A stretch of DNA of 64,000 nucleotides from Octopus bimaculoides (Eukaryota), in the NCBI RefSeq assembly GCF_001194135.2, contig NC_068983.1, positions 11,206,290 through 11,270,289 on the forward strand, read 5' to 3'. Below the pieces are notes generated by a model. That model was not told the DNA's origin. It saw only the letters and a list, made by a program, of their open reading frames with translations, and ran no database searches. Shown piece by piece: positions 26,901-39,386 of the stretch (positions within the stretch are counted from its first letter, which is position 1; every line of letters begins with the position of its first letter). Position numbers and translations under genes: made by a program.

Positions 26901-28190
26901 ACAGTTAAAGAGAGTGAGGGAGAGAACAAGAGAAACAGTGACACGTCTGAAGTTGAGTCAGTGTCAGATCAGCAATGCGAAATACATAGGGCAACAACAG
27001 CTGTGCCAAAACGTCTCACACACACATTTGCACATACATAATACACACACACACACACACATATTTACACATGCATAATACACACACACAGACGTGTGTC
27101 TATATACATAGGTATTGTACAATATATTTGTGTGTAACTGTTGATGTTTAATTTTTATTTTAGAATGGACAGCCAGAGTGGAAAGCTTCGAGGATCAGAA
27201 TCTCAAACTGAGCTGAGGCCATCACCAGTGTCTTCTTCGTCTGGTATATAAACATAATTGATTTCCTTTCGACACAATATTAATAATTTGTTTTAGTTCA
27301 TTACAGTGTCCTTAGTTGTAATAATTTCCTGTAAAAATAGGGAAACAGTGGTAATAAACACAGAGGCATACTTCTACTACTACTACTACTACTACTACTA
27401 CTTGGCCTTCTGCTCAAACCATGTTGTAGGTATTGTCTTGTACCTGAAGCAAAGCACAGCATTGTGCTTTAGACATTTTGTTTTACAGTTAATTTGTTTA
27501 TGGTAACAAAGGTATCCTTCAAGTAAATAATAAACTGGTTTGCCAGGACATAGATATCAATATTTACTAAATGTCATATCACTCATGTTCACATGGTATA
27601 ATGGATACAAAACCTGGAAAAAAAGCAGAAATGCAGTTATTAAGACAGCGTTTATATCTATTTTATTAGAAATCTTAACTTTTTCTAAACTATAATACTA
27701 TTTTGATTAAGCTCTATGAATGTATCGTATTTAAAAATAAACAATATTTTGAAGTACTTTTTTTTCACTAATTTGATTGTTGTTCATTTGTAGCTCTTTC
27801 AGATCACCGTGATGAAGGTGGTCAAGGAATATCACAAAAAGAGGAGGCTCTTATTACCCTACATATTCAGGTAATTGCCTCCAACAGCCCAAATAACCCC
27901 ACCAATGAAAAAGTGTTGAAGGCAGATATTCAGTTCAACAGTCTGGATGTCATTGGTGAGTTCAAACTTCTGATGGAACTTCAGTAATTTTGTGTTATCT
28001 TTGCCTTCATCTTTGAAATGTCCTGCCTGAAATATTTTATTATTTATGTGCCCTTTTAAAGTTTTAGGTGTTCCATGGTCATATTTTAATTGCCTTGATA
28101 ACTGAAGAGATGCCGGTGCAGGTTTCTGCTCTGACATCCGAAACTCAGAGTTTTATTATGGCACCAAATAATTGTCACATATTATATTAC

Positions 28191-28251
<61 letters not shown>

Positions 28252-31200
28252 TTTAATGATTTTTATTCTTTTTTATATTTTCAACTTTACTTTGCAGCCA
28301 ATCAAGAAACTTTGACAGAAATAATGAGCTTTTTCCATAGCACTATGAAAGACATGTCAAAAAAATCCGTTCGATCTCCAAATCATTCATCTTCTAAAGA
28401 CCAAAATGACGATTCCAAAAATGCGGATTTACAAAAATCCATATCTGCAGTCCCTCAGGTAAGTAGTTATTACTGAATTTTAATGGGGACAGTGGCACCG
28501 ACCTATGAAAGAGCTAATACTTCTGATAATCCCCACTTCTCAGAAACTTTAAAGAGTGTAATTCTGTGTGTGTGTGTGTGCACATGCACGCAAGTGCATA
28601 ATTAAGAACCTTCTTCCTATGTAATCTCAGGTTCAGTCCCACTGTGCAGCACTCTTCTGCTATAACCCTGGGCCAACTATAGCCTTTTGAGTGGATTTGA
28701 TTGATGGAAACTAAAAGAGCCCATCATGTATGTACCTATATGTGTGTGTTTGGGTACCCTTGTCTGGACATCGTGTGGTGGTTGTAAACAAGCATGACCG
28801 TCATACCGGATGATGCTCATTTCCGGTTTTCCATGGAAAATACATGTCTGGTGACAGGGTATATTACATTGTTTGGAGGCGAAAGGAAGGGTATCTAGCC
28901 ATAGAGAAAATACACCTTAGCAAATCCTGCATGACCCATGCAAGCATGGAAAAGTGGATGTTTGATGGCATGGAGTGGGGGAGCTGGTATCCATGGACGA
29001 CTGCTGGTCTTCCATAAACAACTTTTCCTGGGTTTATGCCTTGGAGGGGAACTTTCTAGGTGTAGTCCCATTGTCATTCTTGACTGAGGTGGGTATTTAC
29101 CCTTTATAGATAAATATGTTGCTTGGAAAGAGGTGAGGGTTGGCTACAGGAAGGGCATCAGGCTGTTAATGATCTGCTTCAGCCAAATTCCATCTGACCC
29201 AATCAAGCATGGAAAAGTGAATGTTAAATGACGATGATGATGATGATGATGATCTGTGTGTATGCATGTATGGTTATACATTTGTATATTTCAAACTTTA
29301 TCTTTTTTCATTACAGAGTATCTCAGGTATGTGCATTGGTGTTACAGCTGATTTTCATCGCTTAAACATCCTGCTGGTTCATCTTGAAGACTCTGTCTCT
29401 GGCCGGAATGCCAGAAAGGTGGCCACTATTACCATGTCCAATGCACAAATCAATGCTCGCATAAGTAAGTAAATTATGTTGTCATTCTTTAACTCTTATT
29501 TTTCTCTCTTATAATTTTTAATTTACTTGTTTGTGTTGTAGTAATAATAGTAGTAGTAGTAGTAGTAGTAGTAGAATGTAAATATTTAATTTTGGTTTTC
29601 TTTTTGCAGGTGAAAAACTCGAGGTTGCTGGTTCACTAGAAGGATTTCACATTGTAAATGTAATGCCCGAAGCCCACAAACACCAATATCTATTACAAGT
29701 TGGCAAGTTGTCAACACTTCCAAGTTTCCAAAGTAATTCTGACATGGTTCAGGTGTACAGCTCAAATCAGAAGAAATCCTGTCAATGGGGACCTGAGATC
29801 TTAGATAACAACTCTAGGAACAGCTATGCATTAACCTTCCAACTCGAGAGATACCTGGGACATGCTGCTTTACTTTCTTCTTCTTTTCCACTTCTTCCAA
29901 TTAATGAAAGCCTTATCTATACAGTTAACGGCAGCTCTGCAGTTTCTGAGAAGGACGTTGCTGTAAAGATCAGGATGGCATCAGTCATTTACATCCACTC
30001 TCCACTGTTCTTAAGAGAGCTGTCTGAATGTCTTTCCAGCTTCAAAGACTATACTTCAAATGTAGCTTCTTCAATAAAGCACGCTGCAAAAGAAGTTGCC
30101 AAAGGTCTTGTAGCTAAGCGTATGGAAACAGCCAGTGGAAATTTCCCTGGAGGAAACAACAGTAGCAATGATTACATTCATTCTCCACCCAATCAGCGTA
30201 AATCTGAAAGCCAGTCCTTAGAGATGAATGACTTCTTCCCCCCAGATATGTCCTACAGTGAAGAGCAGTTCATGACTGGTTCGTTAACAGCTTCCCCACC
30301 AGAAGAGCTCAAGATTAATATTGATATGCAAATTGAAACTCCAATTGTGTTTCTACCTCGAAAGCAAACCAGTTCAGAAGTTCTAATGGCTTGCCTTGGA
30401 GAAATCTCCATCAAAAATATGCCTGCTGAGTCAATTACAAAGAAAGATGTCAAGGACTGCATTAGTATTCATGTTGACAAGATGAGTTTGTATGCATTGA
30501 ATTTAACAACATTCAATATTTATGAGCGTGTATTTGACTATCGTGGACTTGACATTGAACGCCTGTTCAAGGATGATCAGTTTCGTAAATGCAACCCAGT
30601 TCTGTATGATACAAATATAGAAATAACCCTCCATGTACTTGAGTATGACATCACATGCCGGTCACCTTGCTCACCTGGTATGGAAGAAAGCACACCTTTC
30701 AAATCTCATTCATTCACCTCGGCCTTCACGTACATCATCCCAAATGACACTGATGACAAAAAATCTTCTCCAGCACCTTCCCAGTCATTATCTGTTAATA
30801 TTGTCATTGCAACACCATGTAAACTTGTTCTTTCTAAAGCTGTCTATGAACAGATTCTTGAAACTCGCCACAACTTAACATTAAGTGGCATAAATGAAGA
30901 AACAGTTACTTTCTCAATTTCCAGTGAAGGTGACAATAATTCATCATATTTACCAGGTAAGTAAAGATACTGTACTTATCGAGAGAGTGGGTGGAGAGTA
31001 ATATCTTTTTTTTAATTTTTTCCTTTTTAGAGTTACGGGAATTTAGTGGTTCATATCAATAGCTTTGAACTCTTAGCATGTTAGTTGATTGTATTACATA
31101 TATCTGTCAACCCTATTTCCTGGTGAGAATAAAGTTTCTCTGGCCTGTGTTATCACCTCATTAGTAGACAATTAAATGGCTGATTAGTTTCCTGAAATTT

Positions 31201-34200
31201 GTATTGATTAAGTTATTCACATCACAGAATTCCAGAATTTGTGATCCCTCCTCATGTCTCTCACCGTACTTGCTTCCATCTTGTACTCAAGAGAAGCCAT
31301 CATGGTGTTGCCCAATATGTTCTTTGAAATTACTAACTGTGCTAATGAAGTTGCCATCATTTCTTATCAAGATAATCTGCAGTATTGCAGGCCCTGCCAA
31401 AAAAATGCTATGGGCATACCCATCTTTCTTTACTGCACTACTCTTCCCCCACTAAAAGTACATATCTAGCAAACAAATTATATACACGAGAAAATCATTA
31501 GAGTGAGATCATTGCCAGTGCCGCTGGACTGGCTCCCGTGCAGGTGGCACATAAAAAACACCATTTTGAGTGTGGCCGTTGCCAGTACCGCCTGACTGGC
31601 CCTCGTGCCGGTGGCATGTAAAAGCACCCACTATACTCTCGGAGTGGTTGGCGTTAGGAAGGGCATCCAGCTGTAGANNNNNNNNNNACCCACTATACTC
31701 TCGGAGTGGTTGGCGTTAGGAAGGGCATCCAGCTGTAGAAACTCTGCCAGATCAGATTGGAGTCTGGTGCAGCCTTCTGGCTTGCCAGTCCTCAGTAAAA
31801 TCGTCCAACCCATGCTAGCATGGAAAGCGGACATTAAACGATGATGGTGATGATGATGACTATGTACTGCTCTTTTTATAATTGGTATTGGTTTTCTTTC
31901 TTTCTTCTTTCAACTTTTCTCTAATTTTATCAAAAGATTTTATTACATTTATTTGTTTATTTTTGACAGGAATTTCAGCACTAAAACTAGACTCTTCTAC
32001 TGAATCAGACATTGCCAAAGTGATTCGAACAGGGAGCAGTGAATCTTCTCAGTCATCAAAGCCAGTTCCAACTAGTCTCCCATTAGAAGCACGGTTTGAA
32101 GTGGCAATGTTCAGTGTGGAGATGCAAGGAGATTTGGAACCTGATTCACAAAAACGACTTGTTGACCTTTGCTTACAAGATCTCATCCTTATCTATCATC
32201 GAATGGACAATTATGTTTCCTCATTTGATCTTTCTCTTAAATCACTTACCATGGAAGATTTATTAGAGACAAATGACTCTAAACCTCGTTATTTAATGGT
32301 CTCATCTAAAAAGGAAGAACCAGAACCTAAAGAAGATAAATTAGGTTCTAATTTATCAACATCTTGTCCTGATTGTACAATAATGGTCCCTAAACCGAAA
32401 ATGCCTGGTTCTTTGCCTTCAAGTTTTCACGAAGAGAATGTTTTTATGTCTCATTCTAAGAAAAACAGCTTAGGAGGTAATCAGAGGAAAATGGCTGCAG
32501 AAGAAAACAAGTAAGTATTGTTTACCGTAGCTGTATCTTTGGTTTGTCACCATTTATATTCATTTCTTTCAGGAGATTACTAAACAAATCATATTGATAT
32601 ATTGATTGATATATAGAGACACAAGTGTGGCTGTGTGGTTCAATCCTACTCCATGGCACCTTGACCAGGTGTCTTCTATTATAACCCTGGGTTGACCAAA
32701 ACTTTGTGAGTGGATTTGGTAGATGGAAACTGAAAGAAGCCCATTGTGTTTGTGTATATATATGTTTGTGTTACTGTGTCCTTGCCTTGACATCATCATC
32801 ATTTAACGTCTGCTTTCCATGCTAGCATGGATTGGACGATTTGACTTGGGACTGGTGAACCAGATGGTTACACCAGATGGTTACACCAGACTCCAATCTG
32901 ATCTGGCAGAGTTTCTACAGCTGGATGCCCTTCCTAACGCCAACCACTCCGAGAGTGTAGTGGGTGCTTTTTACGTGCCACCAGCACGAGGGCCAGTCAG
33001 GCGGTACTGGCAACGGCCACACTCAAATGGTGTCTTTTTATGTGCCACCCGTACAGGAGTCAGTCCAATGTTTTGTTCACATGCCACCGGCACGAGTGCC
33101 AGTAAGGTGGAGCTGGAAACGATCATGCTTAAATGGTGCTTTTTATGTGCCACTGACACGGAAGCAAGACCGCTGCTCTGGCAGTGATCTCACTCGGTGC
33201 CAGTCATCGAATTTGGTTCAGTTTTCGATCACATGATGGTTGTAAATGAACATCACTGTCATACAAGTAGTGTCGTTCATTTGCAATATTCAGAAAAATG
33301 TCTAGCCAAAGAGAGCTACTGCCTTGCTTGGAAATAGATTGGGGTTGGTGAAAGAAATGGCATCTGGCCATAAGAAAAAATCCTCTTCAATAAACTCTTT
33401 CCAACCCTTGCAAGCATGGAAAAGTGGATGTTAACATGATAATAATGATGCTGAGTCATTTACTTCATGGTCTAAAGTTCTAACTTTCCACCTATATGAT
33501 GATATTTAACTGTTGCTAAAGTAACCACATCTAGAAACACTTCTGCATCAGGCCCATAAATGTGTTGTACCCTCTCTCTGTCTTTTCTACTACAGCGACC
33601 CCTTCTCTTCAGAGGTGGCCACTCTCATGCTGTCTCCACTCAGGTACTCTGAGTTCATGTGTCTCTTCTCTTTCTATCAGTCTTGTTGTGTTTACTTTGT
33701 CAAAGGTTCCTCACTAAACACTGTATCCATTCCTTTCATCATCATCATCATCGTTTAACGTCCGCTTTCCATGCTAGCATGGGTTGGACGATTTGACTGA
33801 GGACTGGTGAAACCGGATGGCTACACCAGGCTCCAATCTGATTTGGCAGAGTTTCTACAGCTGGATGCCCTTCCTAACGCCAACCACTCAGAGAGTGTAG
33901 TGGGTGCTTTTACGTGTCACCCGCACGAAGGCCAGTCAGGTGCTACTGGCAACGGCCACACTCAAAATGGTGTATTTTATGTGCCACCCGCACAAGAGCC
34001 AGTCCAGGGGCACTGGCAACGATCTCACTCAAAAATCCTACGAAGGCCAGTTAGGCGGTACTGGCTTTCTTCCCACTATATCCATTCCTTTGTCCCTTAG
34101 AAATTTCCTCCCTGTAGATATCTCTCCTGAAATTGCCTGCTTACTACAGTCTAAGTGAAACATTTAACAATATAAATCTCATTGTTTGGAAGAGCCTGCA

Positions 34201-37200
34201 AAGGTTATGGCTAATCCTCCGACCGTGAGTCCGCTGCCCTAACCACTGGGCCATTGTACCTCCACTATTTTGTATATATCATGTATAATTTTTTTGTCTC
34301 TGCTGTAAACTTTCAAGTATTTGCTTTATTTTATTATTTTGACCCTTATCTTTCAGTGAGGGATGCTACCCCTGTACACCACCACCTTCTCCTATGGGTT
34401 CAATGGAACAAGTTACTAACAGTGGACCTCTGGTTCACATTAGTATATTCCTAGTCGATAGCAAGTGTCCTCAGTTTCAAGAAACCTATAAACAGGTGAA
34501 AACAATGTTTTTGTTTTTTTTTAAAACATAAATGTCATAGAAATAGTAATCTCATTCTAAGCGTTATAAATGTTATTTATTATTGATGTTATTTTATACC
34601 ATGTTATTTTATACCAATGTCACCATAACATTGGTAACAAGAATGATGATAATCCTTTCTATTATAGGCACAAGGCCCGAAGTTTTGGGGGAGGGGACTA
34701 GTCTATTACATTGACCCCAGAATTTCACTGGTACTTAATTTATCGACCCTGAAAGGATGAAAGGTGAAGTCAACCTCGGCGAAATTTGAACTCAGAACGT
34801 AGTGATGGGTGAATACTGCTAATCATTTCATCCAGCGTGCTAACGACTCTGCCAGCTCGCCACCTTAACGATGATAATGGTTATAGCATTGATTAGCATT
34901 AAGAGGAGCACCCAGGTAGAAAAGCAGTTGTCTTAATAGCTGGATGGAATCCAATCAAATCAATGGAAACTATGTTTCTGTCAATTTGATTGAAAGATTA
35001 ATTGCTGCTACTGCTATTTACACCAAGTTTACCAGAATAACTGCTGTCGGTATAGGTATAGTTGTGTGGTTAAGAAGCTTGCTTTGTTAGTACATTGTTT
35101 CTGGCTCAGTCCCACTGCACAGCACTTTGGACAAGTTTCTTCTACTGCAGCCTGGGCCAACCAAAGCCTCGTGAATGGATTTTGTTCATGAACTTGAAAG
35201 TAGCTCATCATCATATGTATGTACATCCATTCATGCTGTGTGTGTATGTGTGCATCTGTGTTTGTCCCCTTTCCCCACTGCTTGACAACCTGTGTTGGTT
35301 TGTTAATATCCCCATAACTTTAAAGACCAATATACAAGGTGTCCACAAGGTCTGGACACATGGAGTAAATAAAATTATAACATAAGCAATTAAATATAAG
35401 AAATAATAATTTCTTAAAGTATGTGTTAATCCCCATGTACCCAGACTTTGTGGACACCCTGTAGTATGTATGAGACTTAAAAAAAAGACATAAGTACTGG
35501 AGTTGATTTGCTCAAAGAACTCAAGGCAGTACCCCAGCATGACCACAGCCCAATAACTGAAACATATAAAAGATAATAGACAGGTTTTCAAATGTAAAAA
35601 AAATAAAGGCTGGCAAAAATGTCTTGCCTAGGATGAAATAATTATCCTTGTTTCTTTGTCTTTCACTAGATCAATCGCTCCATTGATATTCAGTTTAGCA
35701 GTTTGGATACAACCATTAATCTGCAGACTTGGGTCGTATTACTTGATTTCCTGGGTCTTGGAGCTACGTTTAAAGAAGCTGGAGCCCAGTCACCAAATGT
35801 TTTCTCAACCAGTCAAGACTCCTCGTTGGACACTGAAGGTAGCCTTTTTTTATTAATTTTCATTTTGTTTTAGTCTCTTTCATTTTATGGCAGGAGATGA
35901 CAGAATGTCTTGCAATATTTAGTTGTGTTCCCTTGCACCCTGTGATCAAATCCTATGGAAGCCAAACTAGTTTTTCATCTTTCTGGTAAGTTAGGAGAGG
36001 ACAGGCAGTGCTCTTAATTTTGCAAACCTTCATGGTCTGGTGAGATTGATGTAATTAATGTTCATCAATATATAGAGGACAACTTTGGATGGAGTGTAAC
36101 CAGGATTGAACTCTACTAAAGGCAATGAAGTACCAGATGAAGTACCATTTCTGGCTTAGTGACTATGTTAGAAATCATTTTGTTACACTTCTCAAACAGG
36201 GAATGATAATCACCCAAGTTAACCCATTCCATGAATTTATTTTCTCAAGATGTGTCAGCTTTCTTGTATATAGAATCATGGATAACTGAGTTCATAGTGG
36301 TACAATCCTGGACAACCAACAGCAGTTCATATGCTATCATCACACCATTTCGTGTGTCTAGCTAAGACACTCTACTGTCTGTAACTAAGTTATCCTGTCT
36401 GTCAGCAGGAAGTAGCGTAATTCAGTGTTGTAAACAGTGGGATCACTGTGTATTTGATGACTACTTCTTTTGACTTGCAGTGTTGAGTTCATTTTCTTCT
36501 TGTGGATGTAAAAGTCAGTTGTCATCAAAGCTAGTATCTTATTCCTCATCTACTTGACATTGCCGAAACTATATAACATTAACATTTTACTATCCAGTTT
36601 TCCCATTTTGCAAATTGAAATTGTTCTCGTTTTGTTTTTGCATCATTGAATTCATATAAATGGATGTAAATGTTATCATCATCATCGTTTAATGTCTGTT
36701 TCCCATGGGTTGAATGGTTTGACTGAAGTTGGCAAGCTGGAGAGCTGCACCAGGCTCCAGTTGTCCGTTTTGATATTGTTTCTACTACTGGATGTCCTTC
36801 CTTACACCAAACACTTTACAGAATGCACTAAGTGCTTTATATATGGCACCAGCATAGGAAATGTGTTTAATTCATTCTTTCACATTTACTCTCATTTCAA
36901 GATTTTTTTTTGCTTCAACCAGAGTATGATGTTTTCATCTACATGTTCTATGTTGAACGAGTGTGTGCATGCCTGTGTGTGCATGTGTGTAATTTTTATT
37001 AAAATCTTATGTTATGTCTTTCAGATAACTCTATTCAAGGTGAAGAAGTGGTTAACTCAAAGTTTCACATGAATATTGAAAGCCTCACTCTAATTATGAA
37101 TAAACCAGAGTATGAACTGGCTCGAGCCACAGTGTCCAATCTGAAAGCCAATTTGTCCCTGCATGACGGCAACACACATGTTGTTGGTCAACTTGGCAGC

Positions 37201-37344
37201 ATCTCCGTGCTTGACCAGTCACCATATGGCCTCAATTTCCGAGAAAAATTCATCAGTGTCGGAGATCAAGCCCTGACATTTGATATATTCAAGTAAGCAT
37301 ATACTTTGTACCCTAGAATTCATACGTATACATCTGCATTCATT

Positions 37345-37381
<37 letters not shown>

Positions 37382-39354
37382 ACACTACATTCCTGTACTA
37401 ACTAAATATAAAGCCTCTGCTCCTTTGAACTACAGTAATCCCTCGACTATTACAGGTATTATGTTCCCAAACGCCCTGTAATAGTTGAAAATCTGCAAAG
37501 TAGAAACAGTACTGTACTGCATATTTTTTAAAATTATTTTTATAATTTATATATTTTTATTTTATTATAAATGCAAAACAACACCATGGAGGAATCGACA
37601 TAAGCTTAAATAATAAACCATGATGGGTGAACTGCGATATGGCAAGGGATTACTATTCCCCTGTTTCTGCCTATTCAAGCCTACCTGATATACTTGTATC
37701 TCTACCCTTTGTCAGCTTCTCCTTCCAAATCCTTCATTAAACCTTTATCCAATTGTTTTCTATTAGAACTACAATAGTTATAAAATTCAAGTCTTGTAAT
37801 TGAAATGTGTTGGTTCTCTGGATGATGGAAAATAATTTATCATTTATAACCAAACTGTTGTGCTGGCTGATCCTAGCAGAAACACTACAAACCTTTTGCT
37901 CGGGTGCTGATTTTGCAGGTAGAAGAGAATTGTCTTTCTTGATGACTGGCACCTGTGCCAGTGGAGCACAAACAGCACTGTCCGAGCGTGATCATTGCCA
38001 GAGCAGCTGTCTAGATTCCGTGCTAGTGGCACGTAAATAGCACCATTTGAGCGTGATCGTTACCAGCGTCGCCTTACTGGTACTTGTGCCGGTGGCACAT
38101 TAGAAAATCATTCGAGCGAGCTCGTTGCCAGTGCTGCTGGACTGGCTCCTGTGCAGGTGGCACGTAAAATACACCATTTTGAGCATGGCTGGTGCCACTA
38201 CCGCGTGACTGGCCCCGTTCTGGTGGCACGTAAAAGCACCCACTACACTCTCGGAGTGGTTGGCGTTAGGAAGGGCATCCAGCTGTAGAAACTCTTCCAG
38301 ATCAGATTGGAGCCTGGTGCAGCCATCTGGTTCGCCAGTCCTCAGTCAAATCGTCCAACCCATGCTAGCATGGAAAGTGGACATTAAACGATGATTATAA
38401 TGGTGAACTAAACTGTTTGAGTGTACTGACTGATCCTAGCAGAAACACTACAAACCTTTTGCTCAGGTACTGATTTTGCAGGTAAAAGAGAATTGTCTTC
38501 CTTTTATCTTCCTTGACCAGAGGTGTTGGTATTTATCAATATATGACCCTGAGGAGGACAATATACATAACTTACTGTAGTTTTATAGTGGGGGAAAAAG
38601 TTGGCAGAGTTGTTAGAGCATAATACAGATTGCCTTGCAATATTCATCTTGGCTCTTATCACTCTGAGTTCAAATACTGTCAAAGTCAACTTTGCTTCCA
38701 TCCTTTCAGGTTAGAGATAAAGCTTTAGTTTTGTACTGGGTTAATTCTTCTCTCTCTCTCTCTCTCCTACTCTCCCCCTCTCTCCCATCCCCATCCTCCC
38801 CTATCCTCTCCCCTCCTCTCCCCCCTCATCTCCCCTCTGCCCCCTCCCACCAAGAGATCAGTTGTGATCATACATAGAAAGGTAGGGGCTCCACCAGCTT
38901 TTTAACATGTCACAACACATCTACAGTTTCATTAAGAATTGAGGGCTTATGACAAAGCAAAGCATAGCTACATTATACCAAGGATGTAGCATGTATATTT
39001 ATGTGTGTTTTAGGAAGAATAATTGAAATCAACTTGTTGAAGCTCAGTTTAACATCTCAAATGATTGTGTGTGTATGTGTGTTTTTCAGATATGCTGGGG
39101 ATGATCCAGGAATGCAGAGGGCATACGATTTGTGTGTTAAACTGCATATGGCAACTGTGCAGTACACGTATACAGATAGATTCCAGAGTGAAGTAACAGC
39201 ATTCTGTATGCATTTTCTGCAATTACATGACAGAATGGGTCGAATTCGTGCTGCATCCATTGGTAAAAAGGTAAGGCAAATATAATCAACCCTTTGGTTT
39301 CTGTTCTTTTTTTTTAATTCTATTAGCAACACACAAAGTTGTATATATATATAA

Positions 39355-39386
<32 letters not shown>

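Noticed and set aside
31628-31740. Apparent ~50-nt tandem duplication in a family C copy
   Set aside because: The identical sequence flanks a 10-N gap (31678-31687): an unmerged contig overlap.
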